A DNA stretch of 64,000 nt from Epithemia pelagica (Eukaryota; Protista; Bacillariophyta). The notes below the pieces were generated by a model. The model ran no database searches. It was given only the letters and a program-made list of their open reading frames with translations, and was not told the origin of the DNA. Position 1 is the first letter of the stretch. Every line of letters begins with the position of its first letter. The stretch spans positions 3,100,001 to 3,164,000 of the forward strand of contig OX337237.1 of NCBI GenBank assembly GCA_946965045.2, written 5' to 3'. Below, one piece after another: positions 1 to 12,007 of this stretch. Position numbers and translations under genes: made by a program.

Positions 1-169
1 TTCTTTGTTGGGAAACTGCGGTTGGGGGGATTGCTTCCACGATGTGGTGTTCTCGTCAAACTAATACAACCACAACAAAGAGGGTTTGTTGTTGGGGCAT
101 TGACAGATGCTTCACATTTTGTGGTTCGAATGAACAGGGAGAGCTAGAAACGAGGAGACGAACACCACC

Positions 170-3100
170 ATGCAAGCCACTACTCTGTTGGGTTCGAAAG
201 CCGCACCATTCTGGCCGCAAGACCAACTCGAACAAGAACAAGAAGAAGAAGAAGACGAAGAAGGAGAGGACTCTGAGGACAATGACAGTGAGGAAGACGA
301 CCAGTTGCAACAACAATTGGATCAACTTGTGGTCGAACCCTCGACCAATCATCCGTTTCGGCATCCCTTTCCGCCCCATGACGACGACGACTATGACAAC
401 CCGGACGACGACAATGACGATATTCTCTTTTGGGATCAAGGCGGACCGATTGTCTGGGAAGCACCACGGGATCATTATGATCCAGGAATCATGGGCAATC
501 CTCATGCTCCTGCTCCTCCGGCACCACAGGCGGACCCGTCTTGGTGGGTGATTCAACGCGCCTGGGCCGCCAGTTTGGAAACGGGACGATTGCGGCTGGA
601 TCAAGTAGCCTTGCGTCGCACCAGTCTCGACTATTTGATCCATCAAATGGCGACGGTCCCCCCAACGGCCCGACCCCATCATTTGAGTCTCTGTCATGTC
701 ACCTTGATCGACGACAATGACACGGATGACAATGACACGGAGTTGTGGTTGGCCCACTTGGTGCAAGACTTTCCCGACGCGTGGACCTCGATTCACTTGC
801 AAGATTCCAGTTCCAATCCTCGTTGGAGTCACCACCAGAACATTCTGGAATCTCTCTTCAACGCCATGACGAGCTTGACCCAGTTGCAAACCTTGCACTT
901 GCAAGGATTGGATTTGAGAAAACGTCCCGAACGACAACGACGACCCATAGGTTCCGCGTCGCAGTGTTTGTGGGACTTTACCGAACAGTGTCGTCGTCGT
1001 CAACAACAACAACAATTAGAGCCGTACACACCACAAACGCATTCCTGCGGCGACGGTCACCATCAATCGCACCGCCATTCCTATCACACCGTCACGAGTC
1101 CCGCCAGTCGGGCCAGTCGAGCCTTAAACCGCCTATTGGTACAACAACGACACGCCCTCGTTCGGTTGGAAGTGGACTCGTGTCCCCTGCACGATGCCGA
1201 TGTGGCCCGTGTGGCCCAGGGAGTATCGCATCTCCAGAAATTGCAACACGTGGCCGTCCACAATTGTGGCCTGGATCTCGATCGACTCGAATGTCTCGTG
1301 CAACACTTGCCCCGACAATCATTGTCGTCCTGGCACTCTCCTCACGACAATGAAGGGAATGACCCGGACTGTTCCATTCGTGATTCAGAGTCGGACCACG
1401 ACGACGACGATGAAACATCCGTCTCATCCTCGTCCCCTTCCTCCTCCTCCTCATCTTCTTCTTGTTGTGGTTCTTCTTGTGCTTCTGCTGGTCCTGCTAC
1501 GAGTGGTACTTTGAAACGGGTCACAATCTATGACAATCAACTCACGGGTCGTGTCTTGGGAACCTTGGCACGCTTGTTGCAGCAACAACCACAATTGGAA
1601 CAACTCCAGGTGGCCTTTTGGGGATCCGACCATAATCTTGGCAATCCTTTAGTATCGGAGGGCAACCGAACCGCCGGTACGACAGCCACTCATCGGGGAG
1701 TGCCCTCCTCCAATAATACGTATGCCAATCACCACCAGCATCATCATCCAGAGCAGTTGGACAATGAGGAATGGATCCACGCCTTGCAACAACATTCCTG
1801 TTTGCAACAAGTCCACGTCTTTTGTCGCAATACCGGTGCCGCCCAAGTCGTTCAATGGTTGCAAGCCTTTGATTTAAATTGTGGTGCCTGGCACGAGTTT
1901 CACTTTGGGGTCTTTTCCTGTACCAAACCACCACGGATTCGTAGTGGTACTAGTAGTTTCCCAAACAACCATGATGGTCGTCGTCGTCCCATGACGTTGG
2001 AACTCAAATATGGCGTCGTGTCGGGACCGCACGTGGAGGAATTGGATGGCTTGTTTCGAGGCATTGCCCAATTGCAAACACTTGAGCAATTGACCTTGAA
2101 TCAATGTCACTTGTATTCCCCGCGATTGGGAACGGCCCTCCAATGCCTCTTGGGTCCACGAGCATCCCAACAGGTCGACGACGACAATGACATGGACGAT
2201 ACTCTTCCTATGGAACGACACCATGGCTTGATTCAGGTACGCTTGCAGTCGTGTCGATTCTTGGCCGAACCCTTTGTGGACCTGGTCGAGGGATTGACGG
2301 GAGTCTCTTCTCGTCCTCCGTCCATTCTTGGTAATAGGACACCCCCACCACGAGTGGAAACTCTGTGTTTGACCGCGTGTCGACTCGACGATGACATGCT
2401 GGCGTTGCTCGTGTCCAGTTTCCTCCCGGTCCGTACGAATCCTACGAAGAATGGTTCTATTACTACCAACAACCAGGACGGAGACACGGTTGGAACCGAC
2501 CCGCCGTCATTCGAGACTGTGGGCTGTCGTGGGTTGAAGCACTTGGATTTGTCCTGGAACCATTTGACGACGGATTCCTTGCCTCCCCTCACGTTGTTGA
2601 TTCGACACTGTCCCGCATTGGAATGGTTGAATCTCTCGCACAATGAAATTTTGTTTTCCAATGACGAAGATTCTACGAATACGAGTACTGAAGAAGAAGA
2701 CGATGACGATGACGACCAAGAAGAAGAAGACGACGCAACGAATGCCTCGAATGTGAGTGCTGCGGCGGCCGTCGTGGTGGAACAAAGTCCTCGACCACAC
2801 CACCACCACGACGAGATACCAACCGCAACTCGTCCATCTCAATGGGAATCGCCCGTCCGTGTCGTATCCGAGTTTTTGGAGGCCGTGACGCAACACGACG
2901 GTCTCAGGGTCTTGGATATCATTGCCAGTGGTTTACCAATTTCGACGGGCATTGACTTGTTGAAGACGTGGGAGAGACGACGACCAGTTTCGTCCGCATG
3001 TACCACCAACACATGTCGTCCAGACACCCACAACTCCAAACGAGAAAATGTGGCACAAGGACTCTATCTTGGGTTTGCCTCCATGGAGCAACAACACCGA

Positions 3101-4801
3101 CGACATGTCCGAGCACGACGAAATGGTGACACTCCGAGTGAGCATGGCGCAATGGAATTGTTTTGTGGTGTCCGAGCAGGATACCCCCGAATTCTGTTTC
3201 CTTTGTTAGAATCCATGCAAGGGATGAAACACGTGAAACGGGTCGAATTTTGTGGTGCCGACTTGAGGGGTACCAAGTCGGGACAAGCCTTGTATGAATG
3301 GATCCAGGCAACAACCGCACAGCGTACGGGTCCATCCGAACTGGTCATTCATGGGACCGAAGCGCCGCCCCTGGATCGGGCCATGCTCCAGCCCTTGTCC
3401 CTGGGGTTGCGGGAGTATGGGGCATGTTTGCACACGCTTCGATTGGGTGGCTGCAACCTTCGCGATGACACCTTTGACCTGTTGGCGACCCACTTGTCGG
3501 ACGCCTCGTGCACGTGTCGCTTGCAAACCTTGTTTTTGCGATGCAATCTACTCAGCATTCAATCCTTGCCCATCTTGGCCCATCTCTTGATTCGACAGGA
3601 GGACTTATCCAACTTGGATTTGGCCAGTAATGAAATGCTCTTTTCCTGCAACACCCATGTCTTGAACCATGACGACAAGAGCGAGCTGCTGTCCTTGGTT
3701 CGTCCCTTTGCCAGGGCCGTGGCCAGTCATGCTGGCCTCCGACGACTCTGTCTCAATCACTGTGGCATTCAACAACCCTTGGTCCTGCAACAACTCTGTC
3801 GCGCCTTGGAGGGACGTATTAACGGAGACCACATTCCATCACGAGCAGCTTGGTGCGGTAGCCAGTTACGAGAATTGGATCTAGGGGAAAATCCAATCAC
3901 TCTTGAATCCGATTCCTTTGACGACGCTTCGGATGACGATACTAATGCATTGAGCCCTGTTCGTATACAAAAGAGCAATCACCCTGGAAACTTTATCTTT
4001 AACATGCCGAGCCGCAGCAGCACAAACCCATCCTTTGCAGCAGCAAGCACAACCACCCGAAGCAACCGGGGTTGTGGATGGTGGTTAAGTTTGGCCCAAT
4101 GGACGACGGTACAGCGATTGATTCTCCCTCGTCGCTTGCGTTCGGATCCAAACTGGCATAGCGTCTTTCTGCCAGCCCTGTTTGCCAATACCAGTCTGTG
4201 TCGTGTCGAATATAGTTGCGGGCCACGCACCATGGTGGTCACACGACACGAACAAGACGAGCACGACCCATTCCACGACGACGAGGGAAACGGGTCGTCG
4301 TCTTTTTATCAACGACAACGACAAGAGACATTGGAACGGCGACGACAACGACACGCCGACCATCTTACGGCCGACGAAGAAGAAGACGAGGAACGCAATG
4401 CCAATGCGATCGATGCCACCATTGCGTCGATTGTGAATCGCAATGCCTTGTTGGAATTGGGCTGGCATCAAAGCATTCTTCGAACTCAACAACATGCTGC
4501 TGCGTCCTCCAGTTCCTCCTCAAGAATACTGTTGGCGGAGGAGACTCTTGACAACAACAACAAGAATGCAACCAACCAGCCATTCCAAGGACAAGACTGC
4601 AATCGCTTTCACCACCACCAACCACAACGACACGGTCCTCCGACGCCTTCTACCAACAACCAGGAGGCTGCAGCTTCTAGTACCGCGGTCCCTTGGTGTC
4701 ACGTCTTGGAACGCTTGGCCTCTCATGACCAAGGCGATGCCACTCCCTTGTTTGCCGTGCTCCGGTTGCAACAAGCCACGGAATGGGCCGTCTCCTACTA
4801 G
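170..4801 (+). CDS. Leucine-rich repeat protein, RNI-like, with acidic low-complexity inserts (1543 aa)
   Basis: Long ATG-initiated ORF with repeated LxxLxLxxNxL units: LKHLDLSWNHL, LEWLNLSHNEI, LHTLRLGGCNL, LQTLFLRCNLL, LSNLDLASNEM, LRRLCLNHCGI, LRELDLGENPI. Confidence 0.78.
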   Translation: MQATTLLGSKAAPFWPQDQLEQEQEEEEDEEGEDSEDNDSEEDDQLQQQLDQLVVEPSTNHPFRHPFPPHDDDDYDNPDDDNDDILFWDQGGPIVWEAPRDHYDPGIMGNPHAPAPPAPQADPSWWVIQRAWAASLETGRLRLDQVALRRTSLDYLIHQMATVPPTARPHHLSLCHVTLIDDNDTDDNDTELWLAHLVQDFPDAWTSIHLQDSSSNPRWSHHQNILESLFNAMTSLTQLQTLHLQGLDLRKRPERQRRPIGSASQCLWDFTEQCRRRQQQQQLEPYTPQTHSCGDGHHQSHRHSYHTVTSPASRASRALNRLLVQQRHALVRLEVDSCPLHDADVARVAQGVSHLQKLQHVAVHNCGLDLDRLECLVQHLPRQSLSSWHSPHDNEGNDPDCSIRDSESDHDDDDETSVSSSSPSSSSSSSSCCGSSCASAGPATSGTLKRVTIYDNQLTGRVLGTLARLLQQQPQLEQLQVAFWGSDHNLGNPLVSEGNRTAGTTATHRGVPSSNNTYANHHQHHHPEQLDNEEWIHALQQHSCLQQVHVFCRNTGAAQVVQWLQAFDLNCGAWHEFHFGVFSCTKPPRIRSGTSSFPNNHDGRRRPMTLELKYGVVSGPHVEELDGLFRGIAQLQTLEQLTLNQCHLYSPRLGTALQCLLGPRASQQVDDDNDMDDTLPMERHHGLIQVRLQSCRFLAEPFVDLVEGLTGVSSRPPSILGNRTPPPRVETLCLTACRLDDDMLALLVSSFLPVRTNPTKNGSITTNNQDGDTVGTDPPSFETVGCRGLKHLDLSWNHLTTDSLPPLTLLIRHCPALEWLNLSHNEILFSNDEDSTNTSTEEEDDDDDDQEEEDDATNASNVSAAAAVVVEQSPRPHHHHDEIPTATRPSQWESPVRVVSEFLEAVTQHDGLRVLDIIASGLPISTGIDLLKTWERRRPVSSACTTNTCRPDTHNSKRENVAQGLYLGFASMEQQHRRHVRARRNGDTPSEHGAMELFCGVRAGYPRILFPLLESMQGMKHVKRVEFCGADLRGTKSGQALYEWIQATTAQRTGPSELVIHGTEAPPLDRAMLQPLSLGLREYGACLHTLRLGGCNLRDDTFDLLATHLSDASCTCRLQTLFLRCNLLSIQSLPILAHLLIRQEDLSNLDLASNEMLFSCNTHVLNHDDKSELLSLVRPFARAVASHAGLRRLCLNHCGIQQPLVLQQLCRALEGRINGDHIPSRAAWCGSQLRELDLGENPITLESDSFDDASDDDTNALSPVRIQKSNHPGNFIFNMPSRSSTNPSFAAASTTTRSNRGCGWWLSLAQWTTVQRLILPRRLRSDPNWHSVFLPALFANTSLCRVEYSCGPRTMVVTRHEQDEHDPFHDDEGNGSSSFYQRQRQETLERRRQRHADHLTADEEEDEERNANAIDATIASIVNRNALLELGWHQSILRTQQHAAASSSSSSRILLAEETLDNNNKNATNQPFQGQDCNRFHHHQPQRHGPPTPSTNNQEAAASSTAVPWCHVLERLASHDQGDATPLFAVLRLQQATEWAVSY

Positions 4802-4828
4802 AGTATATACTACGAATCGTACTAACAA

Positions 4829-4829
<1 letters not shown>

Positions 4830-4913
<84 letters not shown>
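4830..4913. repeat. (AGT)28 microsatellite
   Basis: Perfect 84-bp trinucleotide run starting 29 bp after the LRR stop codon. Confidence 0.97.
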
Positions 4914-4914
<1 letters not shown>

Positions 4915-5475
4915 CTCCCTCCTGAAAGAAAATAGTGCACGATTATAGAAAAAAAACGATATCTCAACGAGCAAACGTCCTTTTTTCCTAAAATTTTTTT
5001 CCCTAGAAAGCTCTACTCATTAGCTCTATATTGGTGTATTACTTATATGTTCGATTCTTGCAAGGGGATGAGATATGACCGTTCAAAAGGCGCCATTTCG
5101 AGCTTTGCTTTTCAGTGCCCACCGGTTGAGACTTCTATGGCGCCTATGAACACGTCCTCTTCAGGGCGGCCCCCCAGGGCATCAAAGAGTAGGAATATGC
5201 GTGCAACTGACAAGATTCGTGCCATTTCCATGCTGAATTCCATGGTCAACGACGGCACCTTTGGCCATGGTTCTGCTCACTCGTCGCACACAAAAGTTGT
5301 ACTTTTCCTATAATAGTGTAGACTCGCGCATATGTTCATCTACGAAATCAGGGTGGAGTTCGACTCCGAATGAGCCAGCCGTCCTCCTGTAGGTTTGTAC
5401 CAGAGCCTACGAGAGTTTTTAACGCGACTAAAATAACCAAAAAAAAATCGTGCACTATTTTCTTTCAGGAGGGAG
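4915..5475. mobile_element. Stowaway-like MITE / non-autonomous Tc1-mariner derivative (561 bp)
   Basis: Perfect 30-bp terminal inverted repeats CTCCCTCCTGAAAGAAAATAGTGCACGATT (4915-4944) and its reverse complement (5446-5475), flanked by TA on both sides (4913-4914, 5476-5477). A CTCCCTCC terminus with a TA TSD is the Stowaway signature. Confidence 0.9.
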
Positions 5476-6453
5476 TAGTAGTAGGGGGTGTGTGGTTCTA
5501 GAACAAAAAGTGGCATTGTATATTGGATTACACGTGTGTCACCGAACGAATGCGGAGTGTGACACTGCGGAGATAATCATTCTATGGCACGCTCCTGGAA
5601 ACCAGCATGGACTGCATGTTCCGGTTCACACCACACATACATTCTATTTCACCCATTCTATTCCACCCATTCTAGGTAGTTCTTGGTGTTTGGTGTGCCT
5701 TTCGGTTGTTGTACGCTTCTTTGACGGGGTACTCATCTTGGTCGTCTGGATGAGAGGTGTCGTCATGATTGGAACTACTCCAACACTCCGTCTCCTCATC
5801 ACAAAAAGAAGAGGAATGGGAGGATTCCTCGTCGTCCTCCGTGTTGTCATGGTGTGGTGGACCGCGAACCGCCCGTGACGACGACTTTGGATGAGTGGCG
5901 CCGAGTGATGACCCACCGTGGGGGACGGGTGGTGAGGATGGTTGAGAACCTACGGAACCACCCAGGAATCCCCATCCCACCAACCACCCTGCCCACCCAA
6001 ATGGTGGTGGTCGTTTCAGTTCCCACCGACACGCACGGACGGTTCTCGTTTTCTCTCTCGCCACCACCATATCCCACTAGTATTAGTAGCAGCGTCGACA
6101 ACACCCACAAGAACCACCAGAGAACAACCACAGAGGCACAGTTGTGTCCACCACCACCAAGGTATTCTAAAATGATAATAACAAAACTTGGTTGGATTCC
6201 GCAGGGTCGTCGTTCGTCGAGTCGTAGTCCGTACTTGTTTTAGTAGTGTTTTTGGTGTTGCGCGCCATGGGGGTTAGTAGTTAGTATTGTTTTTGGTATC
6301 CTCCAAACGCAACCAAACGTCCCCACCACGTCCCCACTGACACACACACATATTTAGACACACACGCAAGGGGCCCAGAGCGCACCCACCCACCAAACCA
6401 ACCAACAACGCCCCCATGATTCGTTCTCTCGGGGGACGTTGGTTGATGGTTTC

Positions 6454-6861
6454 TCAGTTTTGCGTGGTGGCAACCAATTCCAAATCTTTGGAATCAATGG
6501 TATCATTGTGATGCGCGGTATGATACAACAATTTGTTGGTATCATTCATCATCAGTATGGAGGAGGAGGATGACTCTTGTTTTTGTGGTGGTGGTGGTTT
6601 GGGCAACGGTGTTGCAGTGTCGTCGGTGGAATGGTCCTTGTTTTGGTTGCCGGTAGGGTCCTTCTTATTGTGGGTGTCGTTCTTCGTATCGTCGTCGTCG
6701 GTTCGAGTCGAATCCATTAAGGGATGAGGTTCGCGTGGTCGATACTGGACTTGCTCCTGCTCTTTGGTACCACGACGATGTTGCTGATCCTTGACAATCA
6801 TGACATGAACACTGTCTTCGGCTTGGGCCAACTGCGGACGAGACGATGGACAACACCCCAT
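6454..6861 (-). CDS. Hypothetical small hydrophilic protein with N-terminal MGCCxS (possible myristoylation/palmitoylation)
   Basis: 135-aa ATG ORF starting MGCCPSS. No recognisable domain; coding status is uncertain. Confidence 0.25.
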   Translation of the reverse strand: MGCCPSSRPQLAQAEDSVHVMIVKDQQHRRGTKEQEQVQYRPREPHPLMDSTRTDDDDTKNDTHNKKDPTGNQNKDHSTDDTATPLPKPPPPQKQESSSSSILMMNDTNKLLYHTAHHNDTIDSKDLELVATTQN

Positions 6862-8389
6862 ACTACTAATATTTTTGTAACTAATGTTGTGGTTGGAGGA
6901 TCGCTGATGCTTGGGTCAGACGCCACGAGAGAGAGAAGAACCTTTTGTGTTGCGTTCTGGCGAGATGATGACATAGATATGTTGTGGGTGGATTGTGGAT
7001 CGCGATGACGGGTTGTAGCGGCAACAAACCCACCTCCGATCCATCTTCGATTCCACTTGACCGAGCACCTCTACCTAGTACTAGCGGGCGCTGTACAAAT
7101 AATGCACAGATTTTGAACATTTCCTTCTATTAATAGTCTACACTAATTTTGACGAATCCAATGTGATATGTCATAAATGGGAGTCATGGGGTATACAACC
7201 TACAACAACTATGGTCGAACAAGCCGTGGCCTGGAATCGGGCCCTGCTCGAGGTCAAATTCAAGGACTTGCCAATAGACCGATACCCTCTCTCTCTAGCT
7301 ACCTAGGTAGTAGTAGGAGAGAGAAGGAGGTCGAAACGGACTGTTGGGGTTGGGAGCTCCAATGCACATACAATAGGAACTGTAAAGTCGATCCCCTGAC
7401 TACTACGTAGAATGTTGGACTGCTGGGTCTCTTGGGATTTGGAATTTGTAGCTCTATTTTTACTACTAGACAGTTCCAATACTCCTCCATGTTCCATCGA
7501 CACACACATCTTGTCCGCATGTAGAAGTGAAACGAGGACAGACCATCGGTCAGTTGCTCATTCTTGGGACAGACAGAGAGTATCAATAATATTCTCCTTA
7601 TGGAACTGAAGAGAGATGGACGTTGTCACCCATCCCATTCATTCATGTTTGAACTTGGCGATTCTTACGACCAATGACTACACCTACACAACCGTCGAGC
7701 AAGGAGTAGATGTAGTTCTCCATGTGGGTAACGAAGGTAGTTATTGGACCGAGAGCGAGCATGTATCTTCGTCCCACGCCTGCGGGTCCGATTCCACGTG
7801 TACTGTCTGTCTGTGTTCCGTTATCCCCTTCCCCTCTTTGGTGCGAGAGAAATCGATCCGTTGCCGTTTGCGAAAATTTGTCGAAAGTCACACCCCAGTC
7901 GATACATGTGGTATCGGTTGCTGGGCCATCCGCGGATCCATGCCTGTGGGACCGCTTCGAAACCCCCCGAATGCCATCTACCGATCTGAAGATCCGAATT
8001 GGGATTCTTGCAGCGCGGGCCCCCGTCCATGGGGGCCAGTACTGGTTTGCCCATACTACCAGTCGTCTGAAAAAAGCTACACACGCCGGCCCAGTAGTCC
8101 CTTCCATCCCTCTTCCCACGAACCGGCCGCATTTTTTCAGGAATTTGACCATCATCGGTGGAATCCAACAACACATACACACAAGTCCAATTGACGACCA
8201 AAGCCCTCTCATTTCTCAAAGGGACCAGAAGCACAACGACAACAACAGGGAACAGAGCACGTGGCGCGCTGGTTGTTGGGTTGTTCAAGAAGAGAAACGG
8301 AGGAGAGAGATCAATCATTGGTGGTTGTTCTGTGTTGTTTGGTTAAGGTTGAGGTGTTCATTGTTCTTCTTTTGCGTGTGTGATTGTCC

Positions 8390-11221
8390 ATGTCGGAGCA
8401 TCATCCCATTGCTCCCAACTCTCCGCCCGAGTCTCGACGACTGCATTTGCCACCGCCGCCACCCAGTAGCAGCGGCAGTGCGCCCTATTATCCGCCGCAT
8501 CCAGGACAGTACCACCACAACAACCACGACTATCCCAGCAGCAGCAACAACATGCCGCCTCATTCGCAGCAACCGCCGCCGTATGGACACCACCACTATC
8601 GGTCATCGTCGTCGAATCGATCGGGACATGCCGCAGCAGCCTCGTACCCACCCTACCACAACTATCGGAGCAGCAACAACAATCCCAATACCACCCATGG
8701 ACCACCAGCACCCTTTCCGCCTCCCCCCTCAACGACCAGCAGCAGTGGCCCTCACGGTACTCCCCCCACCACAACGGCACCGCCGCGATCGTCTTCTTCG
8801 TCGTTGGTATCGTCCAAGGTGACTCCCGAGGTGCGAACGCAATCGACTCGCACCTCGTCGGACTGGTTTGCGCCGCCCCTTTCGGCCGCCTCCAAACGCA
8901 AGACGCTGAGCACCTTGGCCCCCGCTTCGGCCCCCTATTCCAACAAACGACCCCGAGGTACGTTCTCCCCAAATTCTTGCGGTTGCCAGTCGTGTAGACG
9001 ATTCCGCCTTCCACACGACTTGATGAGAGAGTCAACGGTTGGATGGCGCTGCGACCGAGAGCACGTCGAGCTCTCCAGTTTTGTTAGGGTCCTCTCGATT
9101 GGAGAATGGTCCAACTACGAGCAACGGAACCTTGCCAGTCCTTGAGAGAGGGCCAACCCATGGTCAAGCCAATGTCTCTTTCAGCTTGTTTCTTGTGAAA
9201 GGGCCAACCCATGGTGGAGCAAATGTCTCTTTCGGATCTCATCTTGTTAAATCAAGCGGCGCGGAGGAATGCTTTTTTCGTTCTTGGTCTCACACTTAAC
9301 TGTTTGCTATTTGGTTCTGATCTTTGGTCGTTTTCATTTTTTATTTGCTTTGCTTTGGTATGGCGGCTCCCTCAATTCATTCATTGATTGATTCATTCGT
9401 TCTACCATGATTGCGGCGGGTGATTCTCCTCCGTCTTGGTCCTTTCGTTCGCAACATCGGGATCGCAAAATTGTCAAATGCTTCATGCTAACTCCTACCG
9501 TGCACTATGTCAATCCGGCCTTTCCTCATGTCCTTCACCCCAACTCGTGCGACTCGCCGCCTCCTCCCAATCGCGTGTCCCTCGATCCCTCCTTGGTGCG
9601 CGAATCCATGATTCCGTCCCCGACCGTGCTGTTTCCCTCGTCATACGAACACGATAATAATGATGATGCTCCCGACACGCCTCCCATGACGATGACAACA
9701 GCAGGTTCCTCGAGCCACACTCCCTCGTCCTCTCCCACGGATTTTGGCAGTTTTCGTGGTGGAACGGCGGCCCGGGCCAGTCCGACCGCCTCCATCAATA
9801 CCAGTACGCCGTCCTCCTTGGGACAATCGCGGTTTGATTCGTCCTTGGGCCAATTGACGAAAAAGTTTGTCCACTTGTTGCGGCAGTCTCCCGCCAACCG
9901 GTTGGATTTAAACAAGGCGGCCCAAGTCTTGGGCGTGCAAAAACGCCGCATTTACGACATTACTAATGTGTTGGAAGGCATTGGCTTGATTCAAAAAGAA
10001 GGCAAGAACCACGTATCGTGGAACAGCGACCCCGAAGTGGACTTGTCGCGGGCGCCGGATCCCCACGCGGACAATCCGCAACAACAAGCGGCCGTGCAAC
10101 GACAAACGGAAGAACAGGTGCAAGCCTTGCGGCAACAAGTCTCGGCCGCCCGCGCCGAAGACGAACAGTTGCAAGCCTTTTTGAAATTCTTGACCTGGCA
10201 TTCGCGGCAGTTTACGCCGGGTGGCAGCAGTCGGCCTCCGCCGCCGCCGCCGTCGGCCAGTGAGTCCCTGCCCCGGTTTCCCGGTGTCGCCGATCCCTCC
10301 AAGTTGCTCTATGTCCGATATTCGGACATTACCGAGTTGGAACAGTATCAAGACGATACCATTATTGGGATCAAAGCGCCCGTGGGGACCAACTTGGAAG
10401 TCCCCGATCCCGATCAAGGAATGCGCGCGGGGATGCGCCGCTATCAAATCTTTTTGAATTCCTCCGTGGGAAGTGGGGGACCCATTCATGTCTACCTGGT
10501 CCGGCCCCAAGTCATGCCGTCGGGCAAGGAAGAATCCAAGACGGCGGAACCGGAAACACAACCAGAGCCGGTCCAACCGGAAAAGGCCCCCGAGTCGACG
10601 GACTACCACCGCCGCGATCGACACGAACGAGAAGCCTCGTCGTGCGCGGGGACCAACCATCATCCGCCTCACGAACTGGTCCCTCCCGAATCGTCGCCGA
10701 TTCGTGAATCGCGACGGTCCGACTTTTGGCCGACGCCCAGTCGTTCGTCGGCACCGACCCGGTTTCATTTGGAATCGCCCTTTCTCGGAACACCCGCTCG
10801 ATCCTTGGGCGGAACGCCGGGACGGTCCTTTGACGAAACCACCAAGCGTCCGCTGTTGGGGACACCCCAACATTCCTCCAATCACGCCGCCGCGTATCCT
10901 TCGCACCCACCCGAAGGTTCGTCCGGGGACTTGTTTTCGACGCCCTTTCGCCACATGGCGCCTCCCACACCCCTTGCTTCGAGTGGCTCGTTTGATCCCG
11001 ATGGCATGCTGTTACTGGGCGGCGGAGGAGGACCACCGCCCGACTTTTACAATTTGCCCCTCACCAGTTCCCCACCCTCGATGCGATCGCCGTCAACGCG
11101 CGGCTTGTTTTCGCCCCCGCGATCCTTTTTTCCCGAATCGTCCCAAGGTGGCGGATTTTTGGGAGAGTATTGGGCGTCGCCGCCCAAAAACAATAAGACG
11201 TTGCCACCACGGAGATCGTAA
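8390..11221 (+). CDS. E2F: E2F-family transcription factor; predicted exon 1 8390-8957, exon 2 9702-11221
   Basis: The E2F/DP winged-helix domain [13 protein letters not shown]...[40 protein letters not shown] is followed by the coiled-coil/marked-box region ([15 protein letters not shown]...RYQIFLNS...GPIHVYLV). Family identity is secure. The first exon is inferred from an in-frame GAG|GTACGT donor and CAG acceptor; a start at ATG 9407 or 9608 is the alternative. Confidence 0.85.
8958..9701 (+). other. Predicted 744-nt phase-1 intron of E2F
   Basis: Donor GTACGT at 8958, branch-like GCTAAC at 9487-9492, tandem acceptor CAGCAG at 9699-9704. Either acceptor keeps the frame. Confidence 0.5.
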
Positions 11222-12007
11222 CCACCACAAGCTATTCTATCGTTGTGTGTGTGTGGATGTGGACGTGAATGTGGATCTGTGTGTACCGGTGAACGTGACT
11301 GTGAGTGGACGGAGGAGTTGGGGAACGGGAATGAATGGACCAAATACTACAATATAGGTAGAACAATGAAACGGGGAGAGACGAAACGATTGGAACAAAC
11401 TGTGGTAGTGGAATGGTATTTTCTTTGGTCCGTTTGTAGTCCATGGCATCCGTATGTCGGGTTGTTTGGATTCTGTAGTGTATCTGGACGGAGCGGTGTG
11501 TTGTGTGGACCAAACGCCTGTACGTGTGTGCCTGGCAATGGTCATTCGTTGTGCTACTCACTCTGGAACGAAACGAATCGGAACGACAGCAACAAGATGT
11601 CGATTCCAGTTCTTCTTGTACCCATGTGTATCTGTTGTGGCGACGCTTGGATCCTCCAACACCACCAACAACACGAGTCTGCGTCCATTTCGAATGTACT
11701 AGTACTATTATAGTAGTGGACCAGCATGATCCTCTTTCTCTCTGCGAACCGTTTGGGAAAACTCTACACACAGAGGATGCATGCTTTGTTGCTGCACGAC
11801 TTTTCGGGTGTCATGATCCCTGTTACAGAACACTATACCAGCAGTAATACTAATACCTCTATCCATCAATGCGTTGGTTTCCTCTATACTTCTCGTATAG
11901 ATTCGTTTCGAGAGTGCTGTGGGGGGTTCTATGCTATACATTAGAGAAAGAGGGAGAGGGAGAGCGAAAGGACAGACTCTTGTGGGTTGTGACAAGAACA
12001 TGCGGTC

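Noticed and set aside
7616-8822. Overlapping ORFs of 190-366 aa upstream of E2F
   Set aside because: No recognisable motifs; they overlap each other and the E2F first exon in other frames. I could not support a gene or element here.
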